NCBI GenBank assembly: GCA_963767925.1 | Contig: CAVYGB010000006.1 | Location: forward strand, 96,001-160,000 | Reading direction: 5' to 3' | DNA length: 64,000 nucleotides | From: an uncultured delta proteobacterium | Lineage (GTDB): Bacteria > Myxococcota_A > Polyangia > Fen-1088 | In this document: in pieces, positions 39,824 to 47,857 of the stretch | Position numbering within the stretch: the stretch's first letter is position 1 | How the letters are laid out: every line of letters starts with the position of its first letter | The notes under the pieces: model-generated | Told to the model about the DNA's origin: nothing | The model's database searches: none | Seen by the model: the letters and a program-made list of their open reading frames with translations, nothing else | Made by a program: the position numbers and the translations under genes

Positions 39824-40732
39824 ATGAACGCGAAGTCGATGTTCGGTCGGATGCTGTCGGTCTCCCGGTACGGTGCGGTCGCCGCCGCGTTGCTGTCTTG
39901 CGCGGTGCCGCTGGAGCAGGCGCAGGCGCAGCCGCTGCGCGACAGCGCGGGGACGCACGAGGTGGAGGTGCTGGTGGACGGCCGCCCGGCGCCGCGCTTC
40001 TTCCACGCCGGGGAGTCCTACGTCCTCGGGCGCATGGGCCACCGCTACACGCTGCGCGTCTGGAACCGCTCGCACCGCCGCGTCGAGGCGGTGGTCAGCG
40101 TCGACGGCCGCGACGTCGTCGACGGCCAGCCCGGTGACTTCCGGCGCAAGCGCGGCTACCTGGTGCCGGCGGGCAGCTTCGTCGACATCGACGGCTGGCG
40201 CCTGTCCGAGCACCAGGCGGCGGCCTTCCGCTTCACCACGGTCGCCGACTCCTACGCCGGCCGCACCGGCAGCGCCCGCCACGTCGGCGTCATCGGGGTG
40301 GCGATCTTCCCGGAGCGGTTCCGTCCCGCCCGCCCGATGTTGCCCATGCCCCGAGGCGAGAGCTCAGGCGCCGGCCCCCAGGACCGCAGCCGGGGCGCCC
40401 CGGCCGCCGAGGCCGAGTCCAAGGCCGAGGCGCCCAGCGCTTCGCGCGCGCCGAGCGCCCGCCCCGGCCTGGGGACCCAGTACGGCGAGGCGGTGCACTC
40501 GCCGATCCAGGAGGTGACCTTCGTGCGGGAGAGCCACGGCCACCCCGCCGCGATCCTCGGGGTCCGCTACAACGACCGGGGCGGCCTGCTCGCGCTCGGC
40601 ATCGACGTGGATGTCCACGACGACGGCCGCTTCGCCGGCGCGGACGACGACCTGCACCTGCGCAGCGCGGCCGACCCGTTCCCGGTCTCGCGCCGGCGCT
40701 ACGCCGCGCCTCCCGCCGGCTGGAGCCGGTAG
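39824..40732 (+). CDS. Secreted hypothetical protein
   Basis: Signal peptide ending AQA; RVEAVVSVDGRDVVDG, IDGWR, VGVIGVAIF, GLGTQYGE; RBS GGAGG. Confidence 0.8.
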   Translation: MNAKSMFGRMLSVSRYGAVAAALLSCAVPLEQAQAQPLRDSAGTHEVEVLVDGRPAPRFFHAGESYVLGRMGHRYTLRVWNRSHRRVEAVVSVDGRDVVDGQPGDFRRKRGYLVPAGSFVDIDGWRLSEHQAAAFRFTTVADSYAGRTGSARHVGVIGVAIFPERFRPARPMLPMPRGESSGAGPQDRSRGAPAAEAESKAEAPSASRAPSARPGLGTQYGEAVHSPIQEVTFVRESHGHPAAILGVRYNDRGGLLALGIDVDVHDDGRFAGADDDLHLRSAADPFPVSRRRYAAPPAGWSR

Positions 40733-40733
40733 G

Positions 40734-41294
40734 TTACTTCAGCGCCGCTTCGATGGCGGCGCGCAGCTCTTCCGATTCGGGCGCCAGCTTCGCGGGGAAG
40801 GCGGCGATGACCTTGCCGTCTTTCCCGACGAGGTATTTGTGGAAGTTCCACTTCGGCTCGCCGAGCTTGGACGTGAGGAAGGCGTACACCGGCGACTGGC
40901 CGTCGCCCTTGGTCTTCACCTTCTCGAAGAGGGGGAAGGTCACCTTGTACTTGGTGCTGCAAAAGGTCTTGATCTCGGCCTCGGTGCCCGGCTCCTGCCC
41001 GCCGAAGTCGTTGGAGGGGAAGCCCAGGACCACCAGGCCCTTGTCCTTGTAGGTCTGGTACAGCTTCTCCAGCCCGGCGTATTGCGGGGTGTTCCCGCAC
41101 TCCGAGGCGGTGTTGACGACGAGCGCGACCTTGTCCTTGTAGACGCTGAGGGGTTGCGGCTTCTTGTCGATGGTGTTGACGGACAGCTCGTGCAGGGACA
41201 TGGGCGCCTTCTCCTTGGCGAAAGCCCCCGCCGCGGCGAAGAGGGTCACCAGAGCGGCCAGGGCAGAAAAACGGGTGATCGAAGGTATGACCAT
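40734..41294 (-). CDS. Glutathione peroxidase family protein with signal peptide
   Basis: VNTASECGNTPQY, LGFPSNDFGGQEPG, KWNFHKYLV. Confidence 0.93.
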   Translation of the reverse strand: MVIPSITRFSALAALVTLFAAAGAFAKEKAPMSLHELSVNTIDKKPQPLSVYKDKVALVVNTASECGNTPQYAGLEKLYQTYKDKGLVVLGFPSNDFGGQEPGTEAEIKTFCSTKYKVTFPLFEKVKTKGDGQSPVYAFLTSKLGEPKWNFHKYLVGKDGKVIAAFPAKLAPESEELRAAIEAALK

Positions 41295-41557
41295 CCCGCC
41301 TTCCTGCCGCGACCCGCGCCAGCAAGCAAGCCGAAAAATCCGGACCCGCCAGGACATGGGCCTCCGGCCGTAGCTCGAGCGGGCATCCAGCATCCACAAA
41401 AAACGTTTCGTCCCGCGCTGCCTCCGTCGGCGTCGGGCGCCGTCCGACTCGTCGGGCCGGACACACGAATTGTTTAACAAGAACCGCCTCGAAGAGAGGA
41501 TAACCAGGAGCAGGCGATCGTCGCCGGAAGCGTCTTTCCCCGCGGAGGTTCGAAACA

Positions 41558-43249
41558 ATGATGCGCCCCTCTATCCGAGAGCTCCTCCTGGCGGGGGCTA
41601 TCGCCGTGACCGCCTGCAACGGCTCGGTGGTCGACGGCCCGGGCGGGCCGGGCCCCAGCTCCCCGGCCGACCCCTCTCGCCCCCCGGCCGACCCCTCCAT
41701 ACCAGGGGTGGCGCCGCCCATCCCGGGGACCAACGTCGCCGAGACGCCGGGGGCCACCCCGCTGCGCCGCCTGACCCGGGCCCAGTACAACAACACCATC
41801 CATGACCTGCTGGGCGTGACCGGCGACTTCGGGGCCACCTTCGCGGGCGACGACGACGCCGGCGGCTTCCACTCGAACGTCGTCTCGCCGGTCAGCGAGC
41901 CCCAGGTCGAGCAGTACTACCGCACGGCCGAGGACCTCGCCGCGCGGGCGGTGGCGGGCGGCCTGGCAAAGCTGGCCCCCTGCGCGCCCCCCAGGGCGGA
42001 GCCGGCCTGCGCCGACGACTTCGTCCGCAACTTCGGCAAGCGAGCCTTCCGCCGCCCCCTCACCCCCGAGGAGGTCACCCGCTACCAGCAGGTCTACCAG
42101 GCCGGCCGCGGCGCCAGCGGCGACCTCGGCAGCGGGGTCACGCTGGTCATCGCCGCCATGTTGCAGTCGCCCAACTTCCTCTACCTGCCGGAGATCGGGG
42201 ACAGCCGGGCGGCCGAGAAGGACGGGGTGCCGCTCGATCCCTACGAGGTGGCCTCCCGCCTGTCGTATTTCGTGCTCGCCAGCATGCCCGACGATGAGCT
42301 GTTCGCCGCCGCCGACGCCAACCAGCTCCGCACGCCCCAGCAGCTCGCCGAGCAGACCCGCCGGCTGCTCGCCAGCCCGCGGGCGCGCGCCTCCATCACC
42401 AGCTTCTTCACCCAGTGGCTCGAGGTGGGCGACATCCTGGCGACCGACAAGGACGCGATGTTGTTCCCCGAGTACACCCCCCAGCTCCGCGCGGCCATGC
42501 GCGACGAGATCGCCGCCTTCGCCGATCACGTCGTGCGCGCGGGCGACGGACGGCTGGAGACGCTGCTCACCAGCGCGCTCTCCTTCCCGACCGGTCCCCT
42601 GCTGCCTCTGTACGGGCTGCCGGCCCGCACCGGCGCGGCCAGCGACCCGCTCGAGCTGCCCCGAAACCAGCGGGCGGGGTTGCTGACCCTGGCCGGGGTC
42701 ATGGCGGTTTACGCCCACCCCAACCAGACCGGCCCGGTCGGCCGGGGCTACATGGTCTCGGACAAGCTCCTGTGCATCACGCCCCCGCCGGCCCCGGACA
42801 ACGTCAACGCGATGCTGGCGCCGCCCGACCCCGGCGTGACCACCCGCGAGCGCCTGGAGCAGCACCGGGTCGATCCAGCCTGCGCGAGCTGCCACACGCT
42901 GATGGACCCCTACGGCCTGACCTTCGAGAACTACGACGCCATCGGCCGCTACCGCAGCAACGACGGGCGCAAGCCGGTCGATGCCAGCGGCAAGGACCTC
43001 CCCTCGATCGGCGACGTGAAGGACGCGGTCGAGCTGATGGCCCGGCTGGCGACCAGCCCCACCGTGCAGAGCTGCCTGACCCGGCAGTGGTTCCGCTACG
43101 CCTTCGGCCGCCAGGAGGTCGCCGCCGACGACGGGACTCTCGCGGCCGCCCAGGCCGCCTTCGCCGGCGCCGACCACGCCCTGCCCGATCTGATGGTCGG
43201 GCTGGCCAGCTCGCGGGGCTTCCGCTTCCGCGCTCCGGTGGCGCCATGA
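41558..43249 (+). CDS. DUF1592/1588-type multi-domain lipoprotein (copy 3)
   Basis: Lipobox VTAC; LRRLTRAQYNNTIHDL, YEVASRLSYF..MPD, CASCH, FENYDAIG. Confidence 0.9.
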   Translation: MMRPSIRELLLAGAIAVTACNGSVVDGPGGPGPSSPADPSRPPADPSIPGVAPPIPGTNVAETPGATPLRRLTRAQYNNTIHDLLGVTGDFGATFAGDDDAGGFHSNVVSPVSEPQVEQYYRTAEDLAARAVAGGLAKLAPCAPPRAEPACADDFVRNFGKRAFRRPLTPEEVTRYQQVYQAGRGASGDLGSGVTLVIAAMLQSPNFLYLPEIGDSRAAEKDGVPLDPYEVASRLSYFVLASMPDDELFAAADANQLRTPQQLAEQTRRLLASPRARASITSFFTQWLEVGDILATDKDAMLFPEYTPQLRAAMRDEIAAFADHVVRAGDGRLETLLTSALSFPTGPLLPLYGLPARTGAASDPLELPRNQRAGLLTLAGVMAVYAHPNQTGPVGRGYMVSDKLLCITPPPAPDNVNAMLAPPDPGVTTRERLEQHRVDPACASCHTLMDPYGLTFENYDAIGRYRSNDGRKPVDASGKDLPSIGDVKDAVELMARLATSPTVQSCLTRQWFRYAFGRQEVAADDGTLAAAQAAFAGADHALPDLMVGLASSRGFRFRAPVAP

Positions 43250-43301
43250 CCCCCGCCCTCCCCTCTGTCACCCTGCCCCTGGCCTGCCAAGGAGTTAGCC
43301 G

Positions 43302-44663
43302 ATGACACCGCGCCGGATGCGCCGCCGAGACTTCCTGAGGACCGCGGGAACGGGCGCCGCCCTGTCGCCGTTCCTGCCCTTCCTGAACCGCCGGGCGGAG
43401 GCCGACGGCGGCTTCCCCCAGCGGCTGCTGCTCGTGTTTACCGGCAACGGCACCCTGGAGAACGAGTTCTGGCCCACCGGCGGCGAGACCGACTTCACCT
43501 TCAAGCCCGGCTCGATCACCGAGCCGCTGGCGCCCCACCGCTCCCACCTGATCTTCCCCCGCAACCTGCGCCGGCTGACCTCCGGGTCGGGCGCCCACGA
43601 GAAGAACATGGGCGGCCTGTGGACCGGCTGCGGCCTGGTGGCGGCCAACGGGTACCCCCGGGGCCCCTCGATCGACCAGGTCATCGCCCAGGGGCTGACC
43701 GCCCCGACCCCCTTCAAGAGCCTGCAGTTCGGCGTGCAGGCCGACTCGTTCAACCCCGGCGGCAACAAGCCGGTCCTCAAGTCGATGACCTACAGCGGCT
43801 CGAACGCGGTGGTCCGGCCGGTGGACAACCCCACCCTGATGTTCAACAAGCTGATGCTCGGCGCGGGCGGGGGCCCCACCCTGTCGCCCGAGGATCTGCA
43901 GCGGACGCGGACCCGGCGGCAGAGCGTGCTCGACGCCGTCCGGGGCGACCTGCGCGCGCTCTCGGCCCGCCTGGGCCGGGACGACAAGTCCAAGCTCGAC
44001 CAGCACCTCGAAGGCATCGCCGGGCTCGAGAAGCGGCTGATCCAGCCGATCGGCGAGGCGCCGGCGGCGGCCAACGCCTGCGGCATGCCCCAGGTCCCCG
44101 GGAGCTTCAACGACCCGGCGGCGCTGGCCCTCAACGAGAACTTCCCGATGATCATGGACGTGCAGAACAAGCTGGCGGTCGCCGCCCTGGCCTGTGACCG
44201 CACGCGGGTGGCGACCCTGCAGTGGTCGCGCTCGTTCAGCCCGATCCGCCACCAGTGGGTGGGCGTGCGCGAGGATCACCACACCATCTCGCACCGGACC
44301 GGCGCCGCCGACATCCGCCTGCTCCACAACATCAACCGCTGGTACGGCGAGCGTTTCGCCGACCTCCTGGGCCAGCTCGCGGCGGTCAAGGAAGGCGACG
44401 GGACCTTGCTCGACAACACCCTGGTGGTGTGGGGCAACGAGGCCGCCACCGGCAACCACGCTGCCTCCCCGCCGGTGACGTTGATGGCGGGCCGGCTCGG
44501 TGGCCGGATCAAGACCGGCGCCACCGGTCGCTCACTGGATCTGCAGGGTTACGACTGGTCGCAGGTGCTGATCACCATCGCGCACGCGATGGGTTTGTCG
44601 AGCGTCAACAAGATCGGGGATCTGGGAATGAAGGACGGGGATATACCCACGTTGCTCGGGTAG
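43302..44663 (+). CDS. DUF1552-family protein (copy 3)
   Basis: RRRDFL, SIDQVIA, ALACDRTRVATLQW, HHTISH, LLDNTLVVW. Confidence 0.9.
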   Translation: MTPRRMRRRDFLRTAGTGAALSPFLPFLNRRAEADGGFPQRLLLVFTGNGTLENEFWPTGGETDFTFKPGSITEPLAPHRSHLIFPRNLRRLTSGSGAHEKNMGGLWTGCGLVAANGYPRGPSIDQVIAQGLTAPTPFKSLQFGVQADSFNPGGNKPVLKSMTYSGSNAVVRPVDNPTLMFNKLMLGAGGGPTLSPEDLQRTRTRRQSVLDAVRGDLRALSARLGRDDKSKLDQHLEGIAGLEKRLIQPIGEAPAAANACGMPQVPGSFNDPAALALNENFPMIMDVQNKLAVAALACDRTRVATLQWSRSFSPIRHQWVGVREDHHTISHRTGAADIRLLHNINRWYGERFADLLGQLAAVKEGDGTLLDNTLVVWGNEAATGNHAASPPVTLMAGRLGGRIKTGATGRSLDLQGYDWSQVLITIAHAMGLSSVNKIGDLGMKDGDIPTLLG

Positions 44664-44719
44664 AGCGGCGGCGGAGCGGAACCCCGGTCGGGACGAGAAC
44701 AGGGACAGGAGAATGTTCG

Positions 44720-44764
44720 CCCTCGCCCCGCGGTCTGCCGCGGGGAGAGGGGAAGGGTGAGGGG
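44720..44764. repeat. Inverted, shorter copy of the REP-like element
   Basis: Reverse complement cccctcacccttcccctctccccgcggcagaccgcggggcgaggg shares cccctcaccc and the large CAGA hairpin. Confidence 0.8.
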
Positions 44765-44770
44765 CGGTTG

Positions 44771-44843
44771 CCACGCCGGAGGCCCCTCACCCGGCGCGCA
44801 GACGCGCCGACCTCTCCCCACGGCAGACCGCGGGGAGAGGTGA
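44771..44843. repeat. 73-bp REP-like double-hairpin element, copy B
   Basis: 71/73 identical to 39205-39277. Confidence 0.9.
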
Positions 44844-44844
44844 T

Positions 44845-45202
44845 GGCGCTGAAAGCCTGAAAACAGCCTCGACCCGCGCGCTGCTGTTGGGCGCTGAAAG
44901 CCTGAAAACAGCCTCGACCCGCGCGCTGCTGTTGGGCGCTGAAAGCCTGAAAACAGCCTCGACCCGCGCGCTGCTGTTGGGCGCTGAAAGCCTGAAAACA
45001 GCCTCGACCCGCGCGCTGCTGTTGGGCGCTGAAAGCCTGAAAACAGCCTCGGCCCGCGCGCTGCTGTTGGGCGCTGAAAGCCTGAAAACAGCCTGGGCCC
45101 GCGCTGCTGTTGGGCGCTGAAAGCCTGAAAACAGCCTCGACCCGCGCGCTGCTGTTGGGCGCTGAAAGCCTGAAAACCGCCTGGGCGCGCGCTGCTGATG
45201 GC
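44845..45202. repeat. Tandem array of 45-bp units ggcgctgaaagcctgaaaacagcctcgacccgcgcgctgctgttg, 8 copies
   Basis: Units start at 44845, 44890, 44935, 44980, 45025, 45070 (43 bp), 45113 and 45158 (degenerate). Confidence 0.95.
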
Positions 45203-45232
45203 GCCGAAGGCGAAGCCCGAACGCCGGCGCGG

Positions 45233-47542
45233 TCAGAGGGCGCGTTCGACGCCGGGGAGGTTCTTGAGCTTGAGGATGAGGCCGCTGACGTGGGCGGCGG
45301 CGAGGTTCGAGCCGGCGGTGACGTTGTCGTGCTTGAGGGCGGCCTCGCGCACGATGAAGTAATACATCGCGATCGGGTAGACGGCGCCGCTGCCTCCCAC
45401 CCGCTGGCGCAGGGGAGAGGTGATCCCGCGGGCGAACTCGGGGCTGACGCCGGCGAGCGAGATGGCCGAGGTCTCGACGGCGTGGCAGACGCGGGCGAGC
45501 TGGTCACCGTCGCGGGCGACCACCTCACGCGGCAGCGTGGGGATCGGCACCGGTGACTTCGGCACCGCCGAGGTGGTGGGGCCGCTGGAGGCGGCCCGGG
45601 GCGGCACCGGCGGAGGCGGCGGGTCCGAGCGCACGCCCGCCCGGTTCAGGGCCGGCGCGATCGCCAGCCTGCCCGGTGATGGCGGCCTCGGAGCCGGCGC
45701 GGCGGCCTTGACCTCGGGGGCCTCGGTGGGGACGGGCAGCGCCGGTGGCGCCTCGGCGGGAGCGCGCGGAGCTGGCTCGGGCGCCGGCAAGGGCGGCACC
45801 CCGGACAGCTCGGCCGCCAGGGGAGAGCCCCGGCGCACGCCCGGGCCCAGCTCGATGCGGCGGCCGGCCGAACCCTCGCTCGGAAGCGGAGAGCGGCGGC
45901 GGAACCTCGGCGCTTCTTTGGGCCCCTCCTCCGCGCTGGCGACCCGGCGGCCGGGGCCCGATCGCGGCGGCAGGGGGCGCACCCGGAAGCGATTCAGGTT
46001 GTTCTCGCGGGCGCTCCCGCCGGGGAGCGAGCCAGACGCGCCCGCCGCCGACCCTTCACCCCGGCTGGCCAGGCGGGTCGGCGACTCGGCCGGCTCCGGC
46101 TCGGCCGCGGGCGTCGGCACGGTCCGCTGAGCGGCCGCCAGCTCGGCGGTCGCGCGCTCGCGCAGGCGGGTCAGGCGCACGTTGAGCGATGGATTCTTGA
46201 TCGGCACGGCGCCGGCCTTGGCCGCCATCTCCAGCGCGGCGTCGTAGCGGCGCTCGTTGGCGAACGCCTCACCAGCCTCGATGTAGACCTTGGCCTCGGC
46301 GTCGAGATCGGGGATCACGGCCGGCGGCGCCGGGGCCGCCGCGGTGGGCACCTCGGCTCGCGTCCCCGGCTCGACCCCGGTCGAGCGGGTCACCGCCCAG
46401 ATCCCCGCGGCCAGCGCCAGGCCGCAGGCGCCGAAGGCGACGAGCTTCCAGCTCCCGCTGTTGCCCCCCCGCAGGGAGAGGGCGGCCGTGGCGGGCACCT
46501 CGATCGGCGAGGTCGTCCCGCGCAGCGAGGAGACGGTCACCGGCACGCCACCCGCGGTGGGCATCACCCGGGGGGCCGTCACCTCGCTGGCCCGGGTGAG
46601 GGCGGCGAAGTCGGGGAACAGCTCCCGGATGAAGGCGGCCAGGGAGCGCGGCGTCGACAGGTGCTCCTTCTTGATGGCGAACACCTCGAGCCGGTCGCGG
46701 AACTCGCGGGCCGAGGGACAGCGCTTGTCGACGTTGCGCTCGATCGCCGACAGGACGATCTTCTCCAGCGTCGCCGGATAGGTGGGGACGATCTGGGTCG
46801 GCCGGGGGATGGGGGCGTTGAGGACCTTCGGCAGGACCTCGGTGTCCCGTTGCCCGGGAGGTCCGAAAGGATTGATCCCGGTGGTCAGCTCGAACAGCGT
46901 GATGCCGAGGCTGAACACGTCGGCCCGGTGGTCGAGCCGCCCCCGTGACACCTGCTCGGGCGCCATGTAGCGCAGCTCGCCCGTGAGCATGCCCTCCTGG
47001 GTGTGCAGCAGCCGATCCTTGGCCGCCGCCATTCCGAAGTCGAGCAGCTTGGGGACCCCGTCGAGGTTGAGGACGATGTTGGCCGGGCTCACCTCCCGGT
47101 GCACGAGCCCCACCGGCTCGCCGTCCTGATCGACCGCGCTGTGCGCGTAGGCGAGGGCGTCGCAGATCTTGGCGATGATCTGGGCAAAGTGCCCGTGGTG
47201 GAGCTTGCCCTCCTGGTGCGCGCGCCGGATGACCATCTCCAGCGTCACCCCGCGCACGTACTCCATGGCGATGTACGGGACGCCTTCTTCCTCGCCGACC
47301 TCGAACACCTGCACGATGTTCGGGTGGGTCAGCCGGGCCGCGACGCGCGCCTCGTCGAGGAACATGCGTACGAACAGCGGATCGGCGGCGTATTCCGGGC
47401 TGATGCGCTTGACGACGACTTCCTTCTCGAAGCCCGCCACCCCGCGCAGCTTGCACAGGTACACCTCCGCCAGCGCGCCGCGACCGAGCTGACCGACGAT
47501 CTGAAACCTATTGCGCGGTATGTCCGCCGAAATTTCCGCCAC
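45233..47542 (-). CDS. Membrane Ser/Thr kinase-like protein, probable pseudokinase
   Basis: FEKEVVVKRI, MFLDEAR, HREVSPANI, DFG, YMAPEQ; one TM; Pro-rich region; small C-terminal domain. Confidence 0.88.
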   Translation of the reverse strand: MAEISADIPRNRFQIVGQLGRGALAEVYLCKLRGVAGFEKEVVVKRISPEYAADPLFVRMFLDEARVAARLTHPNIVQVFEVGEEEGVPYIAMEYVRGVTLEMVIRRAHQEGKLHHGHFAQIIAKICDALAYAHSAVDQDGEPVGLVHREVSPANIVLNLDGVPKLLDFGMAAAKDRLLHTQEGMLTGELRYMAPEQVSRGRLDHRADVFSLGITLFELTTGINPFGPPGQRDTEVLPKVLNAPIPRPTQIVPTYPATLEKIVLSAIERNVDKRCPSAREFRDRLEVFAIKKEHLSTPRSLAAFIRELFPDFAALTRASEVTAPRVMPTAGGVPVTVSSLRGTTSPIEVPATAALSLRGGNSGSWKLVAFGACGLALAAGIWAVTRSTGVEPGTRAEVPTAAAPAPPAVIPDLDAEAKVYIEAGEAFANERRYDAALEMAAKAGAVPIKNPSLNVRLTRLRERATAELAAAQRTVPTPAAEPEPAESPTRLASRGEGSAAGASGSLPGGSARENNLNRFRVRPLPPRSGPGRRVASAEEGPKEAPRFRRRSPLPSEGSAGRRIELGPGVRRGSPLAAELSGVPPLPAPEPAPRAPAEAPPALPVPTEAPEVKAAAPAPRPPSPGRLAIAPALNRAGVRSDPPPPPVPPRAASSGPTTSAVPKSPVPIPTLPREVVARDGDQLARVCHAVETSAISLAGVSPEFARGITSPLRQRVGGSGAVYPIAMYYFIVREAALKHDNVTAGSNLAAAHVSGLILKLKNLPGVERAL

Positions 47543-47857
47543 GATATGGACCCCAAAGAAACGCGTAACAGTTGTGCGCGGACGCGATCATACGCCCACC
47601 CCCCCGAACGAAGACGCCATCGAATCTTTCTTCTTGGCGCAGTGAGTGCCCCCCCTCACAGCCGTCTGGGGACGTTACCCCAGTCTTCCGTGCCCCCGCT
47701 TGCCCCGCTTGCCCCCGAATCGGCCCGAAGATACCCCCCTTCAGGCTTCGACGCGACCAATGTCGCGACCGCACCGCTTGGTCCCTGTTTACTCCATTTC
47801 GATTGAGAGGACACAGACATCCGGGCATAGGATGCGGCCCTTTCGCCGGGGGGAACT

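Noticed and set aside
40734..41294. Selenocysteine glutathione peroxidase
   Set aside because: The active-site codon is TGC (Cys) and there is no in-frame TGA.
44845..45202. CRISPR array or repeat-peptide (RiPP precursor) ORF such as MGAESLKTASTRALLL repeats
   Set aside because: No spacers. The 45-bp period makes open frames inevitable, a 43-bp unit breaks the frame, and there is no RBS or modifying enzyme nearby.
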